Source: a virus (Duplodnaviria > Caudoviricetes). From it: a stretch of DNA of 64,000 nucleotides. Under the pieces are notes generated by a model that did no database searches, was not told the origin of the DNA, and saw only the letters and a program-made list of their open reading frames with translations. Below are positions 48,128 through 56,601 of this stretch, one piece after another. The first letter of the stretch is position 1. Every line of letters begins with the position of its first letter. A program made the translations under genes and the position numbers. The stretch lies in IMG/VR virus record IMGVR_UViG_3300032226_000829. One strand, written 5' to 3'.

Positions 48128-49248
48128 TGAAAAAGATCCTATTATTGATGCTGTTATACACCACTGCTGTGTATCCAGCAGCCATAGGAACCATCACAGA
48201 ACAAACAGCAGCACCAGGTTCTATTGTGAGAAATAAGAATACCATCACAGGCACCAAAGGCACAGGCATAGAGATGCAGGATGCTGTGAACACTGCCAAG
48301 GGCAAAGTGGGCATAACATTTGAAGATGCTACCCGAGTGGAAGTGAATGAAAATTCCAAACTCGTGATAGATGATTTCGTTTATGACGCTAAAAAAGGTT
48401 CAGGCAAATTGGCCATGAAGTTTGCTGAAGGCACAGTGAGATATGCCTCAGGTGCCATTGCCAGCAAGAATCCCAATGCAGTTAATATCAACACACCATC
48501 TGCCACCATTGCAGTGCGAGGCACAGACTTCACTGCCACTGTGGATGAAGTGGGTGCCAGCACCATTATTCTATTGCCCAGTTGTCCCAAAGGTTGGGCA
48601 GACATAGACAGAGATTGCAAGACCGGAGTGATTGATGTGATGAATAATGCAGGCACAGTCACTTTAAACAAACCCTTTCAAGGCACCAGAGTGGAGAATA
48701 GAAACACAGCACCATTAAAACCTACCATACTGAGTTTGAATTTAGACACCATTAATAACCTGTTGATTGTGAGCCCACCCAAAGAGATCAAACAGGCACA
48801 GGAACAATATGACAACGAAGCAAAAAACACAGCCAGCATGCTGAATGAAAATCTATTGGACAGCAAGGATTTTTTAAAAGATGAATTGAAAAGCAGGAAT
48901 GAGTTTGGAGATAATCCTCTGCTGGAAGATCTACTGGGACAAAATTTCTTGGCCAACATCTTTGACATATTGGAGCAACAGTTAAAGAATGAAAGAAAAG
49001 CAGTGTTAAAAAGTGCATTGGTCCCAGAAGGTGACAGCCTGCTGCCGGACTACAATCCTGACACAGGAGTAAAGGCCACAGTGGGTGCATCGGAAGTGAC
49101 GCTGTGCCGTAATGATGGCAGCAACAATCAGTGCATCACCACACCGCGCGGTCAGAGCAGCACCATCATACAGGGTCAAGGACCAGTGAGCATTCAGAAC
49201 AGGGTCAACTCAGGTGGTGGCACAACCATAACAGTGATACAACGATGA
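48127..49248 (+). CDS. FecR-domain periplasmic protein
   Basis: Signal peptide; ITFEDATRVEVNENSKLVID, GTVRYASG, TPSATIAVRGTDF. Confidence 0.85.
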   Translation: MKKILLLMLLYTTAVYPAAIGTITEQTAAPGSIVRNKNTITGTKGTGIEMQDAVNTAKGKVGITFEDATRVEVNENSKLVIDDFVYDAKKGSGKLAMKFAEGTVRYASGAIASKNPNAVNINTPSATIAVRGTDFTATVDEVGASTIILLPSCPKGWADIDRDCKTGVIDVMNNAGTVTLNKPFQGTRVENRNTAPLKPTILSLNLDTINNLLIVSPPKEIKQAQEQYDNEAKNTASMLNENLLDSKDFLKDELKSRNEFGDNPLLEDLLGQNFLANIFDILEQQLKNERKAVLKSALVPEGDSLLPDYNPDTGVKATVGASEVTLCRNDGSNNQCITTPRGQSSTIIQGQGPVSIQNRVNSGGGTTITVIQR

Positions 49249-50555
49249 GAAAAATATTATTATTAATGTTATTATTATGCTCAGATGCTTGGGCAACACT
49301 GTCATATAAAACATATAGAGGCACAGGTGCTTATCCTAGTATGCCATATTACGGCACAGGTCAACTATATTACCCAACTGTATTAAGCACTGGAACAGTG
49401 GCTAATATTAATTACAATTGGGGCGGTGGTTATGTTTTAGATTCAGGTAGACATGAACAAGTCATTGTAAATTTTTATGGTTATATCACCATACCAGGAT
49501 CAGGATCTCAAACAATATATTTTTATAGTGCTAGTGATGATGGGTTTTATCTGAGGGTAAACAATTCCACAGTTATTAATAGTTGGGTTGAACAAGGAGT
49601 ATCATATTACAATGGTTCAGGAAGTATTGTACTACAAGGTGGACAATCATATTATATCGATGCTTGGATGTATGAGAATGGTGGAGGTGCGGCTGCTATG
49701 TTATATTGGAATACAGGTTCAGGTATAACCGTAGTTCCAAGTTCAGCATTAACTACAACTATGCCAGCAGGTTCAGGAGGTGGAGGCAGTTACATCAGCA
49801 ATATCACAAACACACAACAGAACAACATCACTGCCAATCTGGGCAGAACCACAGCACTGGCCAACGGCAATGAGATCTACATAGATCAAGTGGGAAACAA
49901 TAACACAACAACAATCACTCAAAAAGGTAATAATAATAAAATCACAGGTACCACACAGCAAACTGCCACCATATCAGGCAACAGCAACTCTACCACTATC
50001 AGACAGAACAGTGGCACAGGTAAAAATTTAATAGATCTAAATGTGACCGGCACGGGCAGCAACACCCTCAACCTCAACCAGGGCTATCTCACAGATGGCA
50101 CACTGAGCGGCAATCAACTGGGCAACAACTATCAGAAAGTGGATGTGCAGGGCAACAACAACTCATTGACCACTCAGCAGAATAGAGATGTGGGCACAGT
50201 GGGCAATTACATGGAACACACTGTGATTGGCAATTACAACAGCATCACCAGCACACAGAGCGGAGACAACAAATTATTATTCAATTCTATCACGGGCAAC
50301 TACAACACTGTGAGCACCACACAGTCAGGCACAGGCGCTCAACACTATATTGATTTGACACTGAATGGTGCAGGCAACACTGCCACTGTGAATCAGAGTG
50401 GCAACACACAGAACAAGGCCACCATAGTGATCAACAATTTGGGTGGATCAGCGGGTGTGAATCTCACACAGACCGGCGGGCAAACCTACAACATCACTAC
50501 CAACTGCGTGACACTGGGCGGTTGCGGCACTACCACGGTGAACCAAGCACAATAA
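49245..50555 (+). CDS. PA14 lectin-like domain fused to curlin repeats
   Basis: Start 49245 (ATGA overlap); INYNWGGG, ASDDG, YENGGGA (PA14); GSGGGGS linker; NEIYIDQVGNNN curlin repeats. Confidence 0.8.
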   Translation: MRKILLLMLLLCSDAWATLSYKTYRGTGAYPSMPYYGTGQLYYPTVLSTGTVANINYNWGGGYVLDSGRHEQVIVNFYGYITIPGSGSQTIYFYSASDDGFYLRVNNSTVINSWVEQGVSYYNGSGSIVLQGGQSYYIDAWMYENGGGAAAMLYWNTGSGITVVPSSALTTTMPAGSGGGGSYISNITNTQQNNITANLGRTTALANGNEIYIDQVGNNNTTTITQKGNNNKITGTTQQTATISGNSNSTTIRQNSGTGKNLIDLNVTGTGSNTLNLNQGYLTDGTLSGNQLGNNYQKVDVQGNNNSLTTQQNRDVGTVGNYMEHTVIGNYNSITSTQSGDNKLLFNSITGNYNTVSTTQSGTGAQHYIDLTLNGAGNTATVNQSGNTQNKATIVINNLGGSAGVNLTQTGGQTYNITTNCVTLGGCGTTTVNQAQ

Positions 50556-50566
50556 ATACTCATATT

Positions 50567-52603
50567 ATGAAATGGGTCAGTCCTTGGACAGCAATCATCA
50601 CTTTGATATTAATCCTCACTGTTAGGATGGCAGACCCCGCATTTGTGGAGAGTGTGCGACTGAGATACTTTGACACTCTGATCACTGGCAAAACTGCCAC
50701 ACAAAACAACATATACACTGTTAACATTGACGAGAAGAGTTTGGAGCAGTATGGGCAATGGCCATTCCCCCGAGATGTGTATGGCCGGATTATCCAAGAT
50801 TTGTATGACAGAGGAGCAGGGTTAGTGGTGTTCAACGTGCTGATGCCAGAACCAGATCGCAGTGGCAAAGATGCGACATTGGCAGAAACCATGCGAAAAT
50901 ATCCTGTGGTGTTGAGCAATGTGCCAGCACAACAGACCAAGAATGAACCCCGAGTGCCAGGCTCAGCAGTGCTGGGACCAGAACATCTTAACACCATTGT
51001 GAAATATTCAGGCATGATTGCCAATATACCGTCATTGGAAAATGCTGCTGTGGGAGTGGGAACCACCAACACACTGCCAGAGATAGATGGCGTGAACCGA
51101 CGACTGCCTCTGATAGTCACTGTGGATGGAAAATTATATCCCAACCTTGCAGTGGAAACTCTGAGAGTGGCCACAAACAATTCTACATTTCAAGTCAAGT
51201 TAAATGTGAATGGTGTGGAGAAGATGAGACTGCCTGGAGACATAGGCATCATTGACACAGACTCCTTGGGCAGAGTATGGATAGATTGGAGTCAACGGAA
51301 TCACTCAGTGTCTTTAAATGATCTACCCGCAGACTTCAAAGGATCCATAGTGATAGTGGGCACATCAGCAGCAGGCATAGCCAATCCAGTGGCCACAGCC
51401 ATAGGACCAGTTTGGCCTCAGGATCTACAAGCAGCCGTGATAGGCACCATGATCAACAAAGTGAATATCAAGAGACCTGATTGGGCAGAGGGTGCAGAAA
51501 CAATCAGTTTAATACTATTGTCCTTGACTTTATTATTTTTAAGCAGATGGGTTTATGTGGGCATGGCAATGGGAGTCATTATGATTGTTGCCGTGGTTCC
51601 TTTGAGCAATCTTTTTTACACACACAATCTTTGGCTGTTGGATGGCACTCTACTGGTGGCAGGATTGACATTGGTGATGCTGCATGCCTATGGTATCAAA
51701 TTTGTCAGTGAGTATCTACAGAAACAGAGAATCAAGAAACAATTTGGTGGATATGCATCTCCCATGGTGGTTGAAATGTTGCAGAAGAATCCAGACATAA
51801 TCAAACAAGGTATTAAGAAAGAAGTATCCATCTGTTTTTCAGATCTGCGTGGATTCACTCCACTGGGAGAATCATTTGGCAATGATGTGAAAGGATTGAC
51901 TGAAGTGATGAATGGTTATATGGATGCCATCACACAACCTGTGTTGGATGCCAACGGCATGATCATCAAGTACATTGGTGATGCCAGCATGCACATTCAC
52001 AATGCACCCATGGATGATCCAGAACATCCTAAAACAGCAGTGCAGACTGCACTTCGCATGTTGAAGGCAGTGGAACGTTTCAATGAGACATTAACAGCCA
52101 AAGGTAGACCCATTGTGGGCATGGGTGCTGGTATCAACACTGGTCTGGGTTATATCGGTGAAATGGGCAGCACACAGCGACATTCATATGATGTGTTGGG
52201 TGATGCTGTGAGCACCACAGCAAGATTGGAAAGTCAATGCAAGAACTATGGAGTGCTATTGATAGTGGGTCCTGAAACCCATCGCAGAACTCAGAATGAT
52301 TTCTTCTATCTCAAACTGGATGATTTGGCAGTGAAAGGCAAAACTGTGGGATTGGAGATCCACACAGTGTTGGATTTGAATGCTGCGGAACATGCAGATG
52401 ACAAACAAACACATGATGCCATGCATGCGGATTATAGGAATCAAAAATTTGATGCAGCCATTCAAAAATGCAAACAGTTGCAAGACCGATTTGATGGTCA
52501 GATGAAAAAATACTATGACATGTGGCAAGAGCGTTGTGAATACATGAAAACACAAACGTTGCCCAAGGATTGGACGGGTGTGTTCACAGCCACCAGCAAG
52601 TGA
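50567..52603 (+). CDS. CHASE2-domain class III adenylate cyclase
   Basis: TM + CHASE2 (VNIDEKSL..YGQWPFPR, VFNVLMPEPDR), 3 TMs, FSDLRGFT, KYIGDA, GINTG, YDVLGDAVSTTARLE, VKGK. Confidence 0.92.
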   Translation: MKWVSPWTAIITLILILTVRMADPAFVESVRLRYFDTLITGKTATQNNIYTVNIDEKSLEQYGQWPFPRDVYGRIIQDLYDRGAGLVVFNVLMPEPDRSGKDATLAETMRKYPVVLSNVPAQQTKNEPRVPGSAVLGPEHLNTIVKYSGMIANIPSLENAAVGVGTTNTLPEIDGVNRRLPLIVTVDGKLYPNLAVETLRVATNNSTFQVKLNVNGVEKMRLPGDIGIIDTDSLGRVWIDWSQRNHSVSLNDLPADFKGSIVIVGTSAAGIANPVATAIGPVWPQDLQAAVIGTMINKVNIKRPDWAEGAETISLILLSLTLLFLSRWVYVGMAMGVIMIVAVVPLSNLFYTHNLWLLDGTLLVAGLTLVMLHAYGIKFVSEYLQKQRIKKQFGGYASPMVVEMLQKNPDIIKQGIKKEVSICFSDLRGFTPLGESFGNDVKGLTEVMNGYMDAITQPVLDANGMIIKYIGDASMHIHNAPMDDPEHPKTAVQTALRMLKAVERFNETLTAKGRPIVGMGAGINTGLGYIGEMGSTQRHSYDVLGDAVSTTARLESQCKNYGVLLIVGPETHRRTQNDFFYLKLDDLAVKGKTVGLEIHTVLDLNAAEHADDKQTHDAMHADYRNQKFDAAIQKCKQLQDRFDGQMKKYYDMWQERCEYMKTQTLPKDWTGVFTATSK

Positions 52604-53007
52604 TGTTGATATCTCCCAAATATAAATTATTTCCACAACGATTGAGAGTTTATCCATTTAATCAAATACAAGATCAGCATCCTGTGGATTCACTGTTTGA
52701 GCCACAATTGAAAGAAGCTGTGTTGCAGGAAGGATTGCTGTGTCCCATGGTATTGAATCACAAAAAACATCTGATCAGTGGCAGTCACAGATACAAGATA
52801 TTGCGAGAATTGAATTACAGCAGCAGTGAATTCTATCTGGCTCTGAGCCGTGATGAGGAACGATTTTTCACACAGTTGAACGTGACTGTGTGGCAGCTGC
52901 ACCAGCAGCGCCAAGTGCCCACAGATGCACAATTTTTATTTGAAGGTGCAATGAAAGCATTCACTGTGAAATGTCAACACCTATTCACAGTGCCCAAGCA
53001 CAGATAA
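52603..53007 (+). CDS. ParB/Srx-like N-terminal domain protein
   Basis: EGLLCPMVL...LISGSHRY; coupled to cyclase stop. Confidence 0.55.
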   Translation: MLISPKYKLFPQRLRVYPFNQIQDQHPVDSLFEPQLKEAVLQEGLLCPMVLNHKKHLISGSHRYKILRELNYSSSEFYLALSRDEERFFTQLNVTVWQLHQQRQVPTDAQFLFEGAMKAFTVKCQHLFTVPKHR

Positions 53008-53020
53008 ATACTCATATATT

Positions 53021-53299
53021 ATGGACTTCTTAAAATTAACCATGGACGTGGGTTTTCCCATTGCAGCAGCACTGGCAGGTGGTTTCTTTGTGTTCCTCAC
53101 ACTGAAATTCATACTGGCGTCTGTGACCTCAGATGTGAAGAAGCTGAGCGGCATCATTGAAGCCTTGGACAATCGTGTTAAAACCATGAATGCAGATGTG
53201 ATACGCATTGACACACTGATCAGTGCCACACTTAAAATACGCCCAGATGTGGAACGCATTGGTAGAGCCAACGGCAAAGAAGATTGTAGGAAAGATTAA
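53021..53299 (+). CDS. Single-TM coiled-coil protein, holin-like A
   Basis: VGFPIAAALAGGFFVF TM, then heptads LDNRVKTMNADVIRID. Confidence 0.65.
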   Translation: MDFLKLTMDVGFPIAAALAGGFFVFLTLKFILASVTSDVKKLSGIIEALDNRVKTMNADVIRIDTLISATLKIRPDVERIGRANGKEDCRKD

Positions 53300-53569
53300 A
53301 TGACCAAAGAACTCATACAGATGATCAATCAATATGGATTTCCCATCATTGCTGCATTTGGCATGGGCTACTTTATCTACTACACATGGTCATGGGTGAC
53401 TAGAGAAGTCAAACCCGTGCTGAGTGACACCAGCAAAACCCTCATAGCATTGGTGGATCGCATACGCATGCTGGACAATGATCTGATCCGTTTGAACACC
53501 AAATTGAATGTGATCCTGGAGCATCAGGAAGAACTGCAGAAAAACCCCCCAAAACCACCACAGCAGTAA
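53300..53569 (+). CDS. Single-TM coiled-coil protein, holin-like B (paralog of A)
   Basis: YGFPIIAAFGMGYFIY TM, then LVDRIRMLDNDLIRLN. Confidence 0.65.
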   Translation: MTKELIQMINQYGFPIIAAFGMGYFIYYTWSWVTREVKPVLSDTSKTLIALVDRIRMLDNDLIRLNTKLNVILEHQEELQKNPPKPPQQ

Positions 53570-53626
53570 GCCCCACACTGCTAATAGTAGCATAGAACTT
53601 CACAGTCACACAGTTCTAAATACTTG

Positions 53627-53863
53627 ATGAAAATCCTATTGGTGATCCTGATCTGTTTTCAAGGCGAATGCAAATACATAGTGACTCAAGAACCCACATT
53701 CTCACAGAGAGCAGAATGCGAACAGTTCAGTCGTCAGGTGCTGAGAACAGTGGATCTCAAAATACAGCACAGCAATAATCAGGTGATGTGTTTGAATGAG
53801 TTACAGTTGGCACAGCAGCAATTGCTGTGGTACTATGAAGGCATACCCCAAGCGGATCAATAA
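53627..53863 (+). CDS. Small exported Cys-containing protein
   Basis: Hydrophobic N-terminus, 4 Cys; TAAATA 4 nt upstream. Confidence 0.6.
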   Translation: MKILLVILICFQGECKYIVTQEPTFSQRAECEQFSRQVLRTVDLKIQHSNNQVMCLNELQLAQQQLLWYYEGIPQADQ

Positions 53864-53955
53864 TTCCAAAAAATACAATCAAAAAAAATTTAGTAGGGTA
53901 ACTCTAAGATTCTGTGGGGAAGTTTTTGGCTCCCAATGGGTGTGAATGTGTGTGC

Positions 53956-54174
53956 TTAGATCACTGCAGGCTTGCGCTGAATGTGTCCCACCACTGTGCC
54001 CTGATGTTCACCCTGCTTGATGGTATAACCTGAGGTACCGTTACCGTTGATCTCCACTTCTTTACGAGCTCTCACTATGGCGCGATCTGATTCGGCCTGT
54101 TTGAGTTCCTCTGTGTGCTTCTCCAGCATTCTCTTATTGATGTCTATGGTCATATGAGTGTCCTTGTGCGTCAT
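53956..54174 (-). CDS. Hypothetical protein
   Basis: 72 aa; KEVEINGNGTSGYTIKQG. Confidence 0.6.
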   Translation of the reverse strand: MTHKDTHMTIDINKRMLEKHTEELKQAESDRAIVRARKEVEINGNGTSGYTIKQGEHQGTVVGHIQRKPAVI

Positions 54175-54209
54175 GCATTTATTACATGACTGCTATGTTT
54201 ATTTAGCAG

Positions 54210-54362
54210 TTATTTGGTCAAATACAACAGCACTGGTATGCACACCATCAGTGTGCTGATGCTCCACACCACTGCCACTTGCAGTAGGGCAATCCAAGTG
54301 TTGGAGTGCAATGCCACATGTAAAAAATAGGGTCTATGGGATGGTTTCTTCTTCTTGATCAT
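54210..54362 (-). CDS. Small membrane protein (50 aa)
   Basis: Translated by hand; basic N-terminus + hydrophobic helix; ATGA overlap with next gene. Confidence 0.45.
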   Translation of the reverse strand: MIKKKKPSHRPYFLHVALHSNTWIALLQVAVVWSISTLMVCIPVLLYLTK

Positions 54363-54502
54363 CGGCGGCCCTGTCCTTTGTATGCTTTGAATTGACGTTT
54401 TTTGTGCTTGTTCATGCTGCTGCGCTTGATGTTGCGACGATCACTCTGCGAAGTCTTTTTGGGCTTGGGAGTGGGTCTGCTGTCTTTGCTGTATATTGCC
54501 AT
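54359..54502 (-). CDS. Very basic microprotein ending YKGQGRR (47 aa)
   Basis: MAIYSK...SSMNKHKKRQFKAYKGQGRR; promoter TTGACA-N17-TATATT upstream. Confidence 0.6.
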   Translation of the reverse strand: MAIYSKDSRPTPKPKKTSQSDRRNIKRSSMNKHKKRQFKAYKGQGRR

Positions 54503-54609
54503 AATAGCATACAATATACTGTGCTTTGCCATCCTTGTCAATGGAGTATTTGAGGATGTTTTGCCAAAAATGGTTGTGCTCCAAAAAATCAAATTACAAA
54601 AAATTTAAT

Positions 54610-54707
54610 AGAAGTACTTAACTTCTTGGGGTGGTGATTCCGCCACCTATAAGCACTGTAAAAAGCAGCTTTAGTTTTAAAGTTGTATAGCCGAAGCCCC
54701 TGATGAA
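54610..54707. ncRNA. Candidate structured RNA element
   Basis: Three adjacent hairpins in an intergenic stretch (AGAAGT/ACTTCT, GGTGG/CCACC, GCAGCTTTA/TAAAGTTGT). Confidence 0.3.
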
Positions 54708-54721
54708 ATTTTTTTATTATT

Positions 54722-55312
54722 CTACTTGGCCTGACGCTTCATGAATGTGTGAGCACCAATCACTTGAGTCTGCTGTTTGACATCTGCCCACTGAGGGTAC
54801 ACCAGATTGTGTGCATAGTAGTAGGTGGCACCACCTGTGTTGTCCTTCAGCTCTCCCTGCATCACCTGCCAAGCAATCCTCACTGAATCTCTCCATGCTG
54901 TACGGTTGGCTTCAATGTGTGTGCCGTCTCGCAACTGCACCCATATGATGTCCTTGAGGCCATCACAGTACCATGAGAACTGGCACTGGTTACGACGGGG
55001 TATGTACACACGATCTTGAGGAGCCACGCCCTCTACTCCTCGGGTCTTCCAGCTTTCGAAATGTCTGCCATCCTGTATCACTGCACAAGGTGTCTTGGGG
55101 AACCTGGGGTCTCGGATCCTGTTCTGCACCACATGAGCCACTGCCTGTTTGCCTGATTCACCCTCGGCTCTGCTTTCAAAATATATGTTCTGAGCCATGC
55201 AGAACAACTGAGCTGGATCCACAGGCTTGCGGCCCGTGTCTTGAGCCATGCTGATGTTGAGTGCAATCATTAGGGTGTAAGCTATTTGAGTCACAGAGTC
55301 CAACATGTTCAT
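54722..55312 (-). CDS. Cell wall hydrolase (SleB/Hydrolase_2)
   Basis: CMAQNIYFESRAE, AVAHVVQNR, CQFSWYCDG, TGGATYYYA, IGAHTF. Confidence 0.9.
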   Translation of the reverse strand: MNMLDSVTQIAYTLMIALNISMAQDTGRKPVDPAQLFCMAQNIYFESRAEGESGKQAVAHVVQNRIRDPRFPKTPCAVIQDGRHFESWKTRGVEGVAPQDRVYIPRRNQCQFSWYCDGLKDIIWVQLRDGTHIEANRTAWRDSVRIAWQVMQGELKDNTGGATYYYAHNLVYPQWADVKQQTQVIGAHTFMKRQAK

Positions 55313-55335
55313 ATCCAGCTCCTTGTTTGGTTATA

Positions 55336-55725
55336 TTATCTAATAGAAGTTATATGAGACAAAGCACAATTTGAATTGGCTGCATAAGCTGTGAACATAC
55401 CTGAAGTATATCCACCAAATCCATTCTTTGCTCTGTAAGTCACAAATAATTGATGTTCTCCAGAATTGTTGATAGGACTTATTTTTGTTTGTATGTGTTC
55501 AAATGATTTAGGATCTCTCAATCGAGATTTGATTTCTCTATTCATATCGGCATTGGCGCCATCAACGTGGGACAAGCAATGAAATCCTGCCATTTGTTCT
55601 GCTTTTTTTTTAGCTTCATATTTGGCACTGCAGTCTTTGCAAATTAAGTTGGTATATATTACAATTCCAATAAAAAGAATGGTTACACTTACAAGTGAAA
55701 ATACTAGTGATTTTTTAAAACTCAT
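55336..55725 (-). CDS. Membrane-anchored hypothetical protein
   Basis: N-terminal TM; LRDPKSFEH, YRAKNGFGG. Confidence 0.7.
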   Translation of the reverse strand: MSFKKSLVFSLVSVTILFIGIVIYTNLICKDCSAKYEAKKKAEQMAGFHCLSHVDGANADMNREIKSRLRDPKSFEHIQTKISPINNSGEHQLFVTYRAKNGFGGYTSGMFTAYAANSNCALSHITSIR

Positions 55726-55756
55726 TGTGTGCTCCTTTGTTGTTTGTTTATAGTAT

Positions 55757-55796
55757 ATTATAGCATATTTTGGTACCAAAAGTCAATACCAAAATT
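55757..55796 (-). promoter_or_regulatory. Early promoter cassette P1
   Basis: TTGACT-N18-TATAAT containing the palindrome TTTTGGTACCAAAA, plus TACCAAAAT. Confidence 0.8.
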
Positions 55797-55806
55797 GTTC
55801 ACGTAT

Positions 55807-56025
55807 CTATTGGGTTTCCCCGCCAGCTTCTATGCTGCGGGTGATCTGCCGGATCCGATTCTCCAGCTCTTCGCGTGCAGCTGGCTCTGAATACTTGGCA
55901 AGGTTGTTCACAGTGTTGATGGAGGAGATCACGTCCCGGGCTTGTATGGGCGTGCCCGATACCAATTGCACCGCAGCACAATTGCTCAGCATCACACTCA
56001 ACATGATCAACACTGCGATTCTCAT
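55807..56025 (-). CDS. Small lipoprotein
   Basis: Signal peptide with lipobox LSNC. Confidence 0.6.
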   Translation of the reverse strand: MRIAVLIMLSVMLSNCAAVQLVSGTPIQARDVISSINTVNNLAKYSEPAAREELENRIRQITRSIEAGGETQ

Positions 56026-56165
56026 TATCTGATCCTACGGTTTGCGATCTGATCCATGCATCTTCTCATGGCTCTCAGATCATGTTTCACATCTATCAAT
56101 AGGAATCCCAGATAGAATGCCATTGCCCAGATCATCACTATCAAAACTATAACGGCTGCGGTCAT
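56025..56165 (-). CDS. Small membrane protein (46 aa)
   Basis: Translated by hand MTAAVIVLIVMIWAMAFYLGFLL...; start/stop overlaps on both sides. Confidence 0.5.
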   Translation of the reverse strand: MTAAVIVLIVMIWAMAFYLGFLLIDVKHDLRAMRRCMDQIANRRIR

Positions 56166-56473
56166 TTGCCCCTCGCGATCTCTGCTTCCAGTTCAATCAT
56201 CTGCTCCACCTCTGCGGGTATCTCTGTTTGTGTTTTTGGTACAAAGTCATACACATACTCCACTCTGTTCCTGTTCACACCCTTGCCCAGTGCATACATC
56301 TTCACTTCTGTGTTTGAGTTCACCTTCTGTTGTAAATCCTTTCTAAACCATTCTGCCTGATCTGCATCGATCAGTTCGCAGTAGAGGCTGCCCCCCACTA
56401 TGTCCTGCTGAGTGATGCCCGTTTGTTCCTTGGCATACTGCAGGATTTGTTCTGTTGTATTTAATTGTGCCAT
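56162..56473 (-). CDS. Hypothetical early protein
   Basis: AAGGAG RBS behind P2. Confidence 0.7.
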   Translation of the reverse strand: MAQLNTTEQILQYAKEQTGITQQDIVGGSLYCELIDADQAEWFRKDLQQKVNSNTEVKMYALGKGVNRNRVEYVYDFVPKTQTEIPAEVEQMIELEAEIARGK

Positions 56474-56498
56474 CTTGTGCTCCTTGTTAATTGTTTAT

Positions 56499-56537
56499 AG
56501 TATAACATATTTTGGTAGTCATTGTCAATACCAAAAT
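56499..56537 (-). promoter_or_regulatory. Early promoter cassette P2
   Basis: TTGACA-N18-TATACT flanked by inverted TTTTGGTA / TACCAAAA. Confidence 0.8.
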
Positions 56538-56601
56538 ACTCCGCCATCTGTGCGGGTCTTGGGGGCACCGTGATGAAGCAGTGCCCCGAGGTATCGCAAC
56601 T

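Noticed and set aside
50567-52603. Pycsar/CBASS-type defence cyclase
   Set aside because: CHASE2-TM architecture with ATP-specifying residues and no adjacent cyclic-nucleotide effector; it fits a sensor adenylate cyclase.
54628-54650. GGTGGCGGAAT resembling a tRNA-Leu 5' end; GGGGC...CCA resembling tmRNA ends
   Set aside because: It continues as a simple hairpin with no cloverleaf, T-loop or tag ORF; kept only as an unclassified structured element.
54699-54712. CTGATGA hammerhead-like core
   Set aside because: No stem II or GAAA in the required arrangement.
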